Notes: a model not told the origin generated them from the sequence alone. DNA of 64,000 nucleotides from Vicinamibacterales bacterium (GCA_965116825.1 OZ220736.1:5714592-5778591), one strand, 5' to 3'; positions 41,458 to 52,679 are shown, counted from the first letter of the stretch. Made by a program: numbers and translations.

Positions 41458-42444
41458 TTGAAGGTGCTGGTTAGCGGTGTAACGGGATTCACGGGCGGCC
41501 ATCTGGCCCGCTCGCTGTTGCGGCGAGGAATCGACGTTCGCGGTTTGGTGCGCCCCACCAGCCAAGCACGGGCCGCGGCGCTCGCCGACGCAGGCGTGGA
41601 GGTCGTGCTGGGCGACTTGACGCACGGCGCCTCGCTGGCGCCGGCCTGCGAGGGAATCGACATCGTCTATCACATCGCCGCTACCTACCGCACCGCGGGG
41701 CAACCGGACCGGAACTACCGCGCGGTGAACGCCCACGGTACGCGCGCACTGCTTGACGCCGCGCAGCATGCCGGGGTTACGAGGTTCGTTCACTGCAGCA
41801 CGGTGGGCGTCCACGGACACATCGAGTTCCCCCCCGCCGACGAGAACGCTCCGCTCGCTCCCGGAGACATCTACCAGCAAACGAAACTCGAGGGAGAGGA
41901 AGTGGTCCGCGCCGCGGCTCGCGACGGCTCGCTGGAAGTGGTGGTAGTCCGCCCCGCGGGAATCTACGGCCCGGGCGACACCCGGTTTCTGAAGCTGTTT
42001 CGCGGCATCGCGCAACGGCGCTTTCCGATGCTGGGCAAGGGCACGGTCTGTTATCACCTGACGTACATCGACGATCTCGTCGAAGGCTTCCGACTGTGCG
42101 GCGAGAGCCCACACGCCGCCGGCCGCACCTACGTGCTGGCCGGCCCCCGATATACCTCGCTCAACGAGCTCTTGCGCGTGATTGCGGAAGAACTGCAGGT
42201 GGCGCCGCCGCGCTGGCGCTTTCCCGTGTGGCCGGTCTGGCTGGCCGGCGCGCTGTGCGAGGGATTGTGCGTGCCGCTGGATATCGAACCGCCACTCTAC
42301 CGCCGACGGGTCGACTTCTTCACCAAGAACCGGGCTTTCGATGCCGCGCGCGCAAGGCGCGAACTCGGATTCGCCCCAGCGGTCGACCTGGTCGAAGGCG
42401 TACGACGCACCGCGGCATGGTACCGGAAAGAGGGCTGGCTGTAG
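41458..42444 (+). CDS. NAD-dependent epimerase/dehydratase (extended SDR)
   Basis: SGVTGFTG, HCST, YQQTK (YxxxK), IYGPGD, TYIDD. Confidence 0.92.
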   Translation: MKVLVSGVTGFTGGHLARSLLRRGIDVRGLVRPTSQARAAALADAGVEVVLGDLTHGASLAPACEGIDIVYHIAATYRTAGQPDRNYRAVNAHGTRALLDAAQHAGVTRFVHCSTVGVHGHIEFPPADENAPLAPGDIYQQTKLEGEEVVRAAARDGSLEVVVVRPAGIYGPGDTRFLKLFRGIAQRRFPMLGKGTVCYHLTYIDDLVEGFRLCGESPHAAGRTYVLAGPRYTSLNELLRVIAEELQVAPPRWRFPVWPVWLAGALCEGLCVPLDIEPPLYRRRVDFFTKNRAFDAARARRELGFAPAVDLVEGVRRTAAWYRKEGWL

Positions 42445-42842
42445 CTTCAGCCTACAGTCTTAGTTGCGGGAGCTGCTCATTACACCCGACAGCTCAATGC
42501 CCCAATGGAACTGCACCATCGAAACCCATATAGACGAAAACGGAAGTTGTTCTTGCGCCGGCCCTTACGCCGCGAGAGACAACGCAAGTAATCACGTAAT
42601 CTTCCCCGAGCGAATTCTGTCCCCGCGGCCAGTATTGCAGAACATTCCAGGTCAGCAATAGCGCGCCCTGTCGGAGCTGGTGTTACAGCCGAATCGAAGC
42701 GGGCCACCAGCGGCTTGTCGAACAGCTTCGGGCACAAGACAGCCAGTGACACCCCATCGTTCGGTGCGCAAGAGCCTCCATGGTGCCAGAGGACGGGCCC
42801 CGGCGCTTGACGCTCCCGCCTTCTCCTTATAGAGTCTGCTCC

Positions 42843-44870
42843 ATGTTCTTGTCTTTCCTTCGAGGAGGCCGCCGCGGCGATGCCCCCGTGCAGTCAGCCT
42901 CCGATCACATGCGCCAGGTGCCCGACGGCCGGTTCTGGTGGGCGGCGGCGTTTTTCCTGCTCCTCGCCAGTTTTCATACTTGGCCCCTCGCGACCGGTAC
43001 AGTGTCACGGATTCACGACGATGTGTGGCTCAACGCTTGGGCCGTGTCCTGGATCGCTCGCCAGCTTTTCCGGGACCCATTGAATCTGTTCGATGCCAAC
43101 ATATTCTATCCGCACCATGACACGCTGGCTTACACCGAGCCACTTATCATTCCCGGACTGCTGGCTGCACCGATACATTGGCTGGGCGGCTCCGCGCTCC
43201 TTGCGCACAACACGCTCGTGCTGCTCGGCTATACGTTTACCGCACTGGCGATGTACGTTCTCGTGAGATCATGGACCGGCGATCATCGGGCCGGCTTGCT
43301 CTCGGGCGCACTATTCGCGTTCAGTACGGCATTGATGACGCGTACGGCACACCTGCAGGCGGTGCACATCTACTGGTTGCCACTGGCCTTTCTTGCGTTC
43401 CAGCATCTGTTGACGCACCGCCGAACGCGGGACGCGGCGTGGCTGGGGCTTTGCGTGCTCGGGGCGGCGCTGACTTCCGGATACCTCATCGTCTTCGTGT
43501 TCTTCGCGTTGGCTGCGGCGGCGCTGGTGCGGATCGGAGAGTTCGGCGGACGTGACGGTGCGCGCCTGTTGCTGCGCTTGGCAGCAGCGGCGGTGGTAAC
43601 CGTCGCCATCTTGCTCGTCGTGCTCCGGCCCTACGTGGAGGTGGGGCACCAACGGTCTCCCGCCAGGGAGTCGGCCGAGTTGGTGACGGCTCTGGAGAGC
43701 TACCTGGCATCTGCCGCAGTCCTGCACTACCGGAGTTGGAGCACCGGCTTCTACGACTCGGCGCCGGGAACGCTGTTTCCGGGCGTCGTAACGATCGCGC
43801 TGGCCGCCGTTGCCATCAGCCGGCGCCGCTCCATCACGCCCCGAGGCTGTCGCCGGATGTTGCTCGCGGCCGCCGGAGTCGGCCTGCTCCTCTCCCTTGG
43901 CACACACACACCCGTGTACACCTGGGCGTACGAGGCAGTCCCCCCGTTGCGAGGTCTCAGGGCGATCCATCGCTTCGGTATCCTGGTGGTATTCGCCCTG
44001 GCGGCGTTGGCCGGCATCGGCCTGAGCGGCTGCAGGTGGCCGGCATCGCAGCGCCGGAGGACGCTGGCCACGGCAGTCCTGCTCGTGTTGGCGACCGGGG
44101 AGAGCTTCCACGGATGGGGCTCCGATCCCTGGTTGGACCAGGCTGGACGGATCCACCGGTATCTGGGGGCATCATCGTGGCCCGGCGCGGTGGTTGAACT
44201 TCCCATCTACAGACGCCGTGAGTTTCACCGGAACGCGCGATATCTGCTCGCGTCGACCGTGCATTGGCGCCCGCTCGTGAACGGCTTTGGTGGATTCGCG
44301 CCACCGGGCTTCGACGACACGGTACGCTTGGCCAGGGCGTTTCCGTCGGTGCTGACGGTGGCCTGGCTTCAGGAAATCGGCGTCGGTTGGGTCATCGTAC
44401 ATCTGGACAGATACGATGACCCTCTCCGCACTCTACGGGTGTTGAGCGAACTGCAACGGCGACGGGATCTGGCGCTCAGTATCGTGGACGGTGCGACCCG
44501 GCTGTATCAGGTTCGACCCGAAAAGGCGCCCGCGATCGGGGCCCTTGTGCCCGCGCCGACGCTTTCGCAACTTCGGTTCGTGGACGGTCCCGCAGACGGC
44601 AGCATGCTGCGGAGCGCGGGAGGAGTCCGACGGGCCTTCGGGTTCCAGTCGCCGAGGCGCTTTATCGCGTACCTGGAGTCGACCACACCCGAGTCGTTCC
44701 TGACGCTGCGACTGCCCGTGCCGATGACCGGGCGGTTCGTTGACGCTGCGACCGGATCCGAGTTGCAGGAGGTTACGGTTCCGGCCAGCACGGACACGGA
44801 GCCCCCGGCGCGAGTGTACGCGCCGCCCGGACATGCGGCAGTGATTCTCGATCTGCAGGCGGAACAGTGA
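42843..44870 (+). CDS. Polytopic membrane protein, GT-C/YfhO-like glycosyltransferase
   Basis: HDD acidic motif after TM1; LFDANIFYP..LAYTE; more than 10 TM helices; LRAIHRF; HWRPLVNGFGGF; extracytoplasmic C-domain. Start uncertain. Confidence 0.7.
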   Translation: MFLSFLRGGRRGDAPVQSASDHMRQVPDGRFWWAAAFFLLLASFHTWPLATGTVSRIHDDVWLNAWAVSWIARQLFRDPLNLFDANIFYPHHDTLAYTEPLIIPGLLAAPIHWLGGSALLAHNTLVLLGYTFTALAMYVLVRSWTGDHRAGLLSGALFAFSTALMTRTAHLQAVHIYWLPLAFLAFQHLLTHRRTRDAAWLGLCVLGAALTSGYLIVFVFFALAAAALVRIGEFGGRDGARLLLRLAAAAVVTVAILLVVLRPYVEVGHQRSPARESAELVTALESYLASAAVLHYRSWSTGFYDSAPGTLFPGVVTIALAAVAISRRRSITPRGCRRMLLAAAGVGLLLSLGTHTPVYTWAYEAVPPLRGLRAIHRFGILVVFALAALAGIGLSGCRWPASQRRRTLATAVLLVLATGESFHGWGSDPWLDQAGRIHRYLGASSWPGAVVELPIYRRREFHRNARYLLASTVHWRPLVNGFGGFAPPGFDDTVRLARAFPSVLTVAWLQEIGVGWVIVHLDRYDDPLRTLRVLSELQRRRDLALSIVDGATRLYQVRPEKAPAIGALVPAPTLSQLRFVDGPADGSMLRSAGGVRRAFGFQSPRRFIAYLESTTPESFLTLRLPVPMTGRFVDAATGSELQEVTVPASTDTEPPARVYAPPGHAAVILDLQAEQ

Positions 44871-44876
44871 TTCGTA

Positions 44877-45080
44877 ATGACATGGATGCGCCGCGCGGCG
44901 ACGACGGCGCACCGCCGGCTGGCGCCGAGTCGGCATCGCCCCCCGGATCGGTGTACATTACGCGAGTCGCGTGAGAGACACGTCGAAACTATGCGCATGC
45001 ACGGGCACGGAGCGACGACTTTCGGCCGGCTGGCCGCGGTTGCCGCATCCCGTTCGACGGCCGAATTCGTCGTCGCGCCG
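44877..45080 (+). pseudogene. Decayed relic of a GT4 gene paralogous to 31936..33129
   Basis: MHGHGATTFGRLAA and ASRSTAEFV match MHGYGATTFGRLAA and VSRSTAAFV, with the intervening region deleted. Confidence 0.7.
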
Positions 45081-45143
45081 CATTCGCCGCCCCGCCAGCC
45101 GCAAACTCGTTCAGCGAAGTTCACCACCATGAGGCGATCCTCC

Positions 45144-46058
45144 ATGCCGACGTCACTCGATTCGAATGCCCGGCGCGCCTTCCTGACGGCAGCCGCCGTC
45201 ATATCGTTAACCCTGTCCGCGCTCGTTGCCGGCTGCGCCTCGCCGCCGGAGCCCGTCGCCGTCGTCCGGCTTGCGACCAACCGCACGCAGGTTCCGGTCG
45301 GCGGCTCGGTCGACGTGACCATACAGTTCGACGTCGCCCCTGGCATCGGTCCGTTGACAGAGAACTACCGCGTCGAACTTCAGGTGCTCGACGGCGAGGA
45401 ACGCATCCTGTGGTCGACCGAACACGACCCACCCATCCCGACATCATCGTGGCAGCCTGGCCAGTCGATCAGGTACACGGAACGGGTCCGATTCCCACCG
45501 TATCCTTATATTGGCCCGGCGCTGCTTGCGATAGGCCTTCGCTCGCCTGCAGCCGGGTCACGCGTGCCGCTCGCAGGCGACGACCTGGGCGACTTCATCT
45601 ACCGCGCCGTCACCCTCACTCTCGAACCGATACACGAGAGCAGTTTCGTAATTCATGAGGATGGCTGGCATCAGATCGAGTTCGACGTGTTCACCCGCGA
45701 CGAGTGGCGGTGGACCACCGAGCGAGCGGTAGTCTCGTTCGTCAATCCGCGCCAGAACGCTCGACTCCTCCTGAACGTCCAGGGGCGTCCGAACCTGTTC
45801 GAACAACCGCAACGGCTCTCGCTGGCGGTCGGGGAACTCACGATCGCGGAGGTCGCGCTGGACACGAACGCGCCCGTCGATCTCGAGTACGAGGTCGCCG
45901 CCGCCGATTTCGGCAGCGACGATGTGGTTCGGTTGGAGCTGCTCGTGGACCAGACCTTTACGCCGTCCGAATCCGGCGGCAGCGCCGCGGATACCCGCTT
46001 GCTGGGCGTCCGCGTGTTCGACGTGTACCTCGAACCGCTGCCGCCGTCGAACCGCTGA
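45144..46058 (+). CDS. Hypothetical lipoprotein with two beta-sandwich-like domains
   Basis: Lipobox LVAGC; PTSSWQPGQ; GWHQIE..WRWT; DTRLLGVRV. Such motifs are typical of domains appended to GT-C-like proteins. Confidence 0.7.
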   Translation: MPTSLDSNARRAFLTAAAVISLTLSALVAGCASPPEPVAVVRLATNRTQVPVGGSVDVTIQFDVAPGIGPLTENYRVELQVLDGEERILWSTEHDPPIPTSSWQPGQSIRYTERVRFPPYPYIGPALLAIGLRSPAAGSRVPLAGDDLGDFIYRAVTLTLEPIHESSFVIHEDGWHQIEFDVFTRDEWRWTTERAVVSFVNPRQNARLLLNVQGRPNLFEQPQRLSLAVGELTIAEVALDTNAPVDLEYEVAAADFGSDDVVRLELLVDQTFTPSESGGSAADTRLLGVRVFDVYLEPLPPSNR

Positions 46059-46073
46059 TGCTGCCGGGCCGCA

Positions 46074-47912
46074 TCAGCCCGCAGCGCACCCGTGTTCGAC
46101 GCGCGGCTGCAGAGTGACGACCGCGCCGAGAAACCGCTCGTCACCCATGCCCGGCACGCGCAGGTTGGGAATGAATCCCGAACTGGTGCGAATCGACAGC
46201 AGGTAGACCCACCGGCCTCGCACGTAGATTCCCGACGGTTCCAACGATACCCGAGTCTCCACGCCCGGGTTCAGGTCGGCCGTCGCGGTGTCACCACCGA
46301 GATGCACTTCCACCTCATTTACGACCGGCGAGCGCAGCATTACTTCCAACGATGAGAGACACTCTCCGCTCCGGACAACTATATCCGTACGGGCGTTCCC
46401 GGCCACCCATAAGTCGGGCGATCCCGAACCATAGACGTTCCGGTCGAGCAGCGACACCAGGAGAGCAGGATCGGACCGATAGTTGATGCGGTGGCGACGG
46501 CGGTTGAGAGCAATCGGCAGGTCGTCAACCATCGTCAATTCGACCGGCAAGGCTCTGAGCAAGCCCCGTTCCGTATTGAGGTACGGCTGTTTCGCGGCGA
46601 CAAAGGGATTCATCACGATATGCGCCGTGAAGAGCGCACCGCCCACCCACGCGACGATGGCAGGAGCCGTCGATGCGAGCCGGGGCGTCAGGAACAGGAG
46701 CGCAGGATAAATGCTGAGAAAATAGCGGTTCCCCGGCGGGCCGCCACCGCCCGACCAGCTGTAGGGCATGGTGCCGCCGAGAATGACGACACTCGCCGCC
46801 ACGGCGCACAGCGTGCCCCACTGCCACAGGGTCCACTCGCGGCGCGCCATCAGGAATAGCGCGAGCACCACCGCGCCGGGAAAGAAAAACGGCAGGAAGC
46901 CGAAATGGCGGCCGACCAGGAAGTAACGCAGATTGGTCGGAAGCAGAGACAGGAAACCGATCCGCCAAGCCTCGTCGTCCACCTCGTTCGTCGTCATCGA
47001 GATGCCGCGGTTGTCGAACGTGGCTCCGGGATGCTCGAACGGATACGAGCCATAGAAGGTCTTTCTCACGCCTCCCTGGTAGTTGAGCTCACCCGATATC
47101 CCCGCGTTCACAGCGAAACCACCGGCCGCAACCACTACGAAGACAGTGCCGACAAGAAAGGCGCGGCCCAACCGCCGCCGTCCCGCCGCGAACACCACGG
47201 GAGGCAGAATCAACAGGGCGTGTGTAGGCTTCGAGAAGGTAGCCAAGCCGAGCAGGACAGCGCCGACAACGTCCGATGGCAATCCCCACAGCCAGCCTGT
47301 CCACCGCCCGTGCCGCGGGGGCGCGACCTCCTTGTAGAACCAGCAAAAAAACGCGAACGTCACGCAGGCGGCGTTGAATGTCTCGGAACTGAGGAATACC
47401 GCGTGCACCGGCACGATCGAGACCCCGAAGAAAGCCAGAGCGAAGAGAACGGCCACGTCCCGCGGCGCGCGGGACGCCACGAACAGGTAGGCCACCGAGA
47501 CCATACCGGCGAGCAGCACTACGTGAAACAGCAGCATGCCGTTGAGACCCGCAATGCGAACGAACGGCGCGGCCATGACGGAGTAGATGTACGCCTTCCC
47601 GAAATACAGTGGAGCGTACCGGTCCGGCGCGCCGGAGCCCTGCTTCAGGAATATTCCCGAGGGACCGCCCTCGTAGACCTCGTGCAGGCGGGCAATGTCA
47701 CGCGAGTCGTAGGCGAGATCGCCATCGTGAGCCACGCTGAGCGCCATCGCGACGTACGTGGCCTCGTCGGCCTTCACGCCGTAGGTCGTCCGTACGACAT
47801 CGACGGTCAGCGCAGCGGAGGCTCCCAGCAGGAGCAACAAACCGATCACCAACAACCCGGGATCGACGCCGCGCACCTTGACGGCGGCGGTAGCTTCGAA
47901 GCCGGCGCGCAT
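46074..47912 (-). CDS. Polytopic membrane protein, GT-C-like glycosyltransferase
   Basis: KADEATY acidic motif after TM1; SETFN, SKP, WSGGGGPPGNRYF; many TM helices; soluble C-domain. Confidence 0.7.
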   Translation of the reverse strand: MRAGFEATAAVKVRGVDPGLLVIGLLLLLGASAALTVDVVRTTYGVKADEATYVAMALSVAHDGDLAYDSRDIARLHEVYEGGPSGIFLKQGSGAPDRYAPLYFGKAYIYSVMAAPFVRIAGLNGMLLFHVVLLAGMVSVAYLFVASRAPRDVAVLFALAFFGVSIVPVHAVFLSSETFNAACVTFAFFCWFYKEVAPPRHGRWTGWLWGLPSDVVGAVLLGLATFSKPTHALLILPPVVFAAGRRRLGRAFLVGTVFVVVAAGGFAVNAGISGELNYQGGVRKTFYGSYPFEHPGATFDNRGISMTTNEVDDEAWRIGFLSLLPTNLRYFLVGRHFGFLPFFFPGAVVLALFLMARREWTLWQWGTLCAVAASVVILGGTMPYSWSGGGGPPGNRYFLSIYPALLFLTPRLASTAPAIVAWVGGALFTAHIVMNPFVAAKQPYLNTERGLLRALPVELTMVDDLPIALNRRRHRINYRSDPALLVSLLDRNVYGSGSPDLWVAGNARTDIVVRSGECLSSLEVMLRSPVVNEVEVHLGGDTATADLNPGVETRVSLEPSGIYVRGRWVYLLSIRTSSGFIPNLRVPGMGDERFLGAVVTLQPRVEHGCAAG

Positions 47913-48085
47913 TACACCACTTCCAGGGCGAAGGAACTAGCAACTGTCGGCCCGGATTTCCTATTTGCATCCACTCTTGGAATTCTGGCACCTCGGGAAG
48001 GTCGAAGTCAACGCTGCGCCTCCGTGGAAATCATTACGGGCCGCCGAGCCCGCGCCAAGGACGGGCATCGGGAGCCGGTGGAACG

Positions 48086-49255
48086 TCAGTCTCGCTGTGC
48101 AGTACGGCCGGTCGCGGAACGGCCCGCCGACCCAACGGCGATCGAGGCGCGCCGGCGCCTGGGCAGGGAGGGGATGAACTTGCCGTTGAGTCGCATGAGC
48201 CGCCACGGATCGTCGCCGGCGCGGACGGCTCGCAGACCGAAGAGACGGTCGGAGAAGGCAGTCCGAAAACCGAGCGCGCAGGCGGCGCCGCGAGCGATGG
48301 TGCCAGCGACCTCCCATGGGAAGCAGAGATGCCGGATTGTGTTCGTGCGCAGCCGGTCGCGGAGCATGGCCTGTCCGCGGTCGAGATCTTCGTATATCGC
48401 GGCGCGCCGAGCGTCCGCGGTCTCGAAGGAACCCGACCGCCCCCCGGCCGCGAGCGCCCGCAACTCGACCTCCCAGCCACGCCTGTCGAAGAAAGAGGGT
48501 CCGCCATTGCTCCGCACATGCGCCACGCATCGCTCGTGCGCACCGTCGTCGTCGACGTACCGCAGGGCATCGCTCAGACGCGACCGCTGCACGTAGAGCG
48601 GTGCCCCGAGGTCGTCCGGCTTCAGATACGCTCCGGCAGCCTCGCCGAACAGGAGCGGCCTGTCGAGCGGATGCCACCCGGCGACGCCCGGCGTGACAAA
48701 GCCGTGTGGAGCGTCGTGGCAGAAGATCTTCGAGTGCCCGTAGCCGTGACATTGAACGTCGATTACGCCGCCCGTGTCGAGTGCGCGCAACTCCGGCCAC
48801 GTCACGAAGTCACCGGGCGGGGTCGACGGCAGCGGCCCGGAATCGTCGATGGTCGGGCGAACGGATGCCGCGTCCCTGATGCGGCCCGCAATGGCAAACG
48901 TGACGGCACGGAAGCCATGCCGGCGGAGCAGCGGCGCGGCAACGGTCCAGAGGCTCGCGTGAGCATCGTCGAAGCAGAGCGCCACCGTGCGATCGCCAGG
49001 ATGGACGCCGTCGCGCACATAGCGCTCGATGACCTTCGAGGTCACGGTCCGGTAGCCGTGCTCGTCAAGGTGACGAAGCTTCGGCTCCAGCGACGTCACC
49101 GTAACCTCGTGCAGATGAAAGACCGGCAGCAGGCGACCGACCGGGCCGCCGAAGACGAATGCGGGATAACGGCAGGCCGCGAGATCGATCAACCCCCGCA
49201 ACAAGCCTCCACGCTCATTCAACGGTACGCGCGCCGTCGTACTCACCACGCTCAT
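48086..49255 (-). CDS. Polysaccharide deacetylase (CE4) family protein
   Basis: FHLH, ALCFDDA, VTWPEL, QCHGYGH, CFPW. Confidence 0.85.
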   Translation of the reverse strand: MSVVSTTARVPLNERGGLLRGLIDLAACRYPAFVFGGPVGRLLPVFHLHEVTVTSLEPKLRHLDEHGYRTVTSKVIERYVRDGVHPGDRTVALCFDDAHASLWTVAAPLLRRHGFRAVTFAIAGRIRDAASVRPTIDDSGPLPSTPPGDFVTWPELRALDTGGVIDVQCHGYGHSKIFCHDAPHGFVTPGVAGWHPLDRPLLFGEAAGAYLKPDDLGAPLYVQRSRLSDALRYVDDDGAHERCVAHVRSNGGPSFFDRRGWEVELRALAAGGRSGSFETADARRAAIYEDLDRGQAMLRDRLRTNTIRHLCFPWEVAGTIARGAACALGFRTAFSDRLFGLRAVRAGDDPWRLMRLNGKFIPSLPRRRRASIAVGSAGRSATGRTAQRD

Positions 49256-49656
49256 CGGACAGGGACCACGGGGCTTGGTGGATCTGACGTCCTCGCTCCA
49301 TCGTGCAAGATCCTATCATCGCAGGCCGCGGCGGCCGGATCAGACCGGTCACGCCGTCATGCATCGCGGTCGAGTCGCGTGCCCTTCACTTCGTATCACA
49401 CGGCCCCCATGGTCGGCGGCTCGCTTCCGGGAATCACGCCACCATCTGTGCTGATCTTCAGCACGCCGTCGCCGCGCGCGGCGCCGGCGCCCGTGCGTTC
49501 CCGAGCACCAGATTTCTGGAACGGTACGGTCGGACGCCGAACAAGTCCGGGTACCCTATACTGGGGCCTGCAATGTGCATACCAGGAGCTCGTTTCTGGC
49601 CGCCCGTCTCCATACGTACACGCAGGCGCTGCGGGCATCGACGGCGGAGGTAGACG

Positions 49657-51383
49657 ATGAGATGGTGGATCACGGCAGGCTTGGCGGGCGCACTGACACT
49701 GCTGCTCGTGCTGCCGTTCGCGCGCGGGCCCGAGAGCTGGTATGCGCCCGTCACCGACGCGCGGCTGGTCTCGCCCGACGCCTCGGACTGGCTGATGTAC
49801 CGCCGCACCTTCGACAGTTGGGGCCACAGCCCGCTCGATCAGATCACGACGGACAACGTGACCCACCTCGTACCGGTCTTCTCGATGCCAACCGGACTGA
49901 CCTCCGCTCACCAGTCGCCGCCGATCGTCAACAACGGCGTCCTGTTCGTGACGACGCCGGAGGATCAAGTGATTGCGTTGAGCATGCGAACCGGCGAACA
50001 ACTATGGCGGTATCGGCGGCAGTTTCCCCGGGACATGGCCCACCCCTATCGGACCAACCGAGGCGTCGGCCTGTACGGAGACAAGGTCTTCTATACCACG
50101 CACGATGCTGTCGTGGTCGCGCTGGACGCCAGGTCGGGAGAGGTTGCCTGGGAAACGCAGGTCGCCGACTACCGAGTCGGGTACTACATGAACATGGCCC
50201 CACTCGTGGCCGACGGCAAGGTGATGGTCGGCCCGTCGGGCGGCGAGCGAGGCATCCGCGGCTTCGTGGCCGCCCTCGATCCCGAGACCGGGCGCGAGAT
50301 CTGGCGGTCGCACACGATCCCCGGACCGGGCGAGTTGGGGCACGAAACCTGGCCCGGCGAGACGTGGCGCACGGGCGGCGCATCGATCTGGATGACCGGC
50401 TCGTACGACCCCGAGCTCAACCTCGCCTACTGGGGCACCGGCAACGCCGCACCCTGGACCGGCGACCAGCGCCCCGGCGACAATCTCTACGCCAACTCCG
50501 TCGTCGCGCTCGACACAGGCACCGGGAAGTTGAGGAGCTATCACCAATATCACCACAATGGCTCGTGGGACTGGGACGAAGCTTCGGCGCCGCTGCTGAT
50601 CGACGTGCCGCGAAACGGCCGGACCATCAGGACGCTGGTCCATCCCGGGCGCAGCGGCTACCTCTGGATGTTGGAGCGGACCACCGATGCGATCAACTTC
50701 GTCGACGCCTGGCCGTACGTGACCCAGAACGTGTTCACTGAGATCGACCTGGTGACCGGCCGGCCGGAGTACGACCCCGAGCGAAGGCCGGGGACCAACG
50801 AACCGGCCACGTTCTGCCCGTCGGTCTGGGGCGGCAAGAACTGGCCGCCGGCCGCCTACAGCCCGCGAACCGGGTACCTCTATCCTATATTCCGGCGAAC
50901 GAGAACCTCTGCTCGATCATGGTCGGTATAGAAACGGAACACGTCCCGGGGCGGGGCTTCGTCGGTGCGTCCTCGCGGGACTGGGTGGTGGAGGGCGCCG
51001 ATCATGTCGGCGAGCTCCAGGCCTGGAATCTCACCACCGGCGAGCGGGCCTGGACGCACGAGTTCGCCACCTCCCAGAACTGGGGACCGGTTCTCACTAC
51101 CGGCGGCGGCCTGGTCTTCGCTGGCGGGACCAACGACGGGTACTTCCGGGCTTTCGACGCCGAAACGGGCGACGTGCTGTGGAAGCAGCAAACCCTCTCC
51201 GGCGTCATGGGGGTGCCGTCGTCGTACGCGATCGACGGCGTACAGTACATCGCGGTCCAGTCCGGCTGGGGCACCAACGCGCAATCGATGCAGCGACCGC
51301 TGAACGCGTACTTCGGTACCGAGACGGTAACCCCGGTTGGGGGAGGCCTGTGGGTCTTTGCGCTGCCGCCGGATCGCCGTTGA
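49657..51383 (+). pseudogene. PQQ-dependent alcohol dehydrogenase-like gene, frameshifted
   Basis: HSPLDQIT, QSPPIV, TNRG, GGERGIRGFV, WGTGNAAPW, WDWDE, CPSVWGGKNW, GLVFAG..AFDAETG. An extra CCTAT at 50884-50888 splits YLY|IPANENLC into ORFs 49657..50931 and 50919..51383. Confidence 0.88.
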
Positions 51384-51695
51384 CCGCCCGGACAACGCTC
51401 TCCTGCCGCAACTGCCCCATGCTAGAATACTGCGCTCTTGCGTCAGGAACGCGCTGGGTTCTTCTATCGCCCCCGACGGCGTTCGCTGGTGCTCGGCGAT
51501 CGCACGTGGCGCGAGACACGGCTGAGCACGAACCGTCGCGTTCACCATCTCCAGCCGGACGACGTCCGTCTCGGCGAGAGCGGCCGCGGCCAACTTGCGG
51601 ACACTCGCCGCGGACGAGGCGTTCGTACCGTGTAGAGGGCGACCCCGGCAACCGGGGAGGGACGCGGACGTTGCAACTGTACGGGGGAGCCCGTC

Positions 51696-52679
51696 GTGAG
51701 ACTTCGTTCCTGGTTCACGCTTCTGAGCGTCACGCTGGCAGTTTTTCTGGTGTCGTGCAACAGCACGACGCCGACCACGCCCTCACCCGTGTTCGTCGTC
51801 GAAGGGCCCGACGCCTCGACCCCACTGCGTTGCCCCGCTGACGTCGAGCTCATCCAGAACCACAACCAACCGGTACCGGTCCTGTTCGCGCCACCGTCGA
51901 TTCCCGATATCGGGTCCGTCACCAAGAGCGCTTGTACACCTGAGTCTGGATCGCCCTTTCCTGTCGGCGCAACTTCCGTGACGTGCTCAGCCACCGAGGC
52001 CGAATTCACAAACAGCTGTTCCTTCTCGGTCACCGTCCTGTCGCGAACGCTGAGCCCGACCAGCTTTCTCGCATTCGGTGATAGCATAACTTCCGGTGCG
52101 ATGGCGAGTAACCGGTCCCGGTCGGCGGGGTCCGGAAGATCGACATCCTATCCTGCGCAGCTGGAGGCGACGCTCGGGGGCCGCTACCCCGACCAGACCC
52201 TCACGATCGTCAACGCCGGAGAGCCGGGAGAGCTGGCCGAGGAAGGAGCGGAACGCGCCCCCAGGGAGCTGGACCGGTACAGTCCGGAGGTAATGCTGCT
52301 TCTCGAAGGCGTCAACCAGTTGGCTCTTCGCACTCCGGCGCGGGTTGCCAGGGCGCTGGACTCGATCGTCCGATCGGCGCAGCGGCGTTCCGTGCAGGTA
52401 CTGATCGCGACCCTGACGCCGATCGGCGACGCCAAGGTGCGGGGCCGTCCCACAACCCGAGAGGCGATCGCCGACCTGAACCGGCAGATTCGGGAGATCG
52501 CGCGAACACGGAATCTCGGTCCCGTCGTGGATCTGTTCGCCGTAATGAAGAACCAGCCTCACCTTCTGGGAAACGACGGGCTCCATCCGACAACCGAGGG
52601 CTACCGCGTCATGGCGAACGAGTTTTTCCGCGAGATCGTTTCGCGGTACGAGCGGATCGAAGGCAACGAGAGTCCATGA
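51696..52679 (+). CDS. SGNH/GDSL hydrolase lipoprotein with HYR-like domain
   Basis: Lipobox LVSC; CTPESGSPFPVGATSVTCSAT (HYR-like); GDSIT, GVN, DGLHP. Confidence 0.88.
   Translation: MRLRSWFTLLSVTLAVFLVSCNSTTPTTPSPVFVVEGPDASTPLRCPADVELIQNHNQPVPVLFAPPSIPDIGSVTKSACTPESGSPFPVGATSVTCSATEAEFTNSCSFSVTVLSRTLSPTSFLAFGDSITSGAMASNRSRSAGSGRSTSYPAQLEATLGGRYPDQTLTIVNAGEPGELAEEGAERAPRELDRYSPEVMLLLEGVNQLALRTPARVARALDSIVRSAQRRSVQVLIATLTPIGDAKVRGRPTTREAIADLNRQIREIARTRNLGPVVDLFAVMKNQPHLLGNDGLHPTTEGYRVMANEFFREIVSRYERIEGNESP

Noticed and set aside
42445..42780. Lower-GC intergenic segment with short ORFs
   Set aside because: No recognisable protein, RNA or repeat motif; cannot support a call.
51384..51695. 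Intergenic region with short ORFs
   Set aside because: No convincing motif, RBS or RNA structure.
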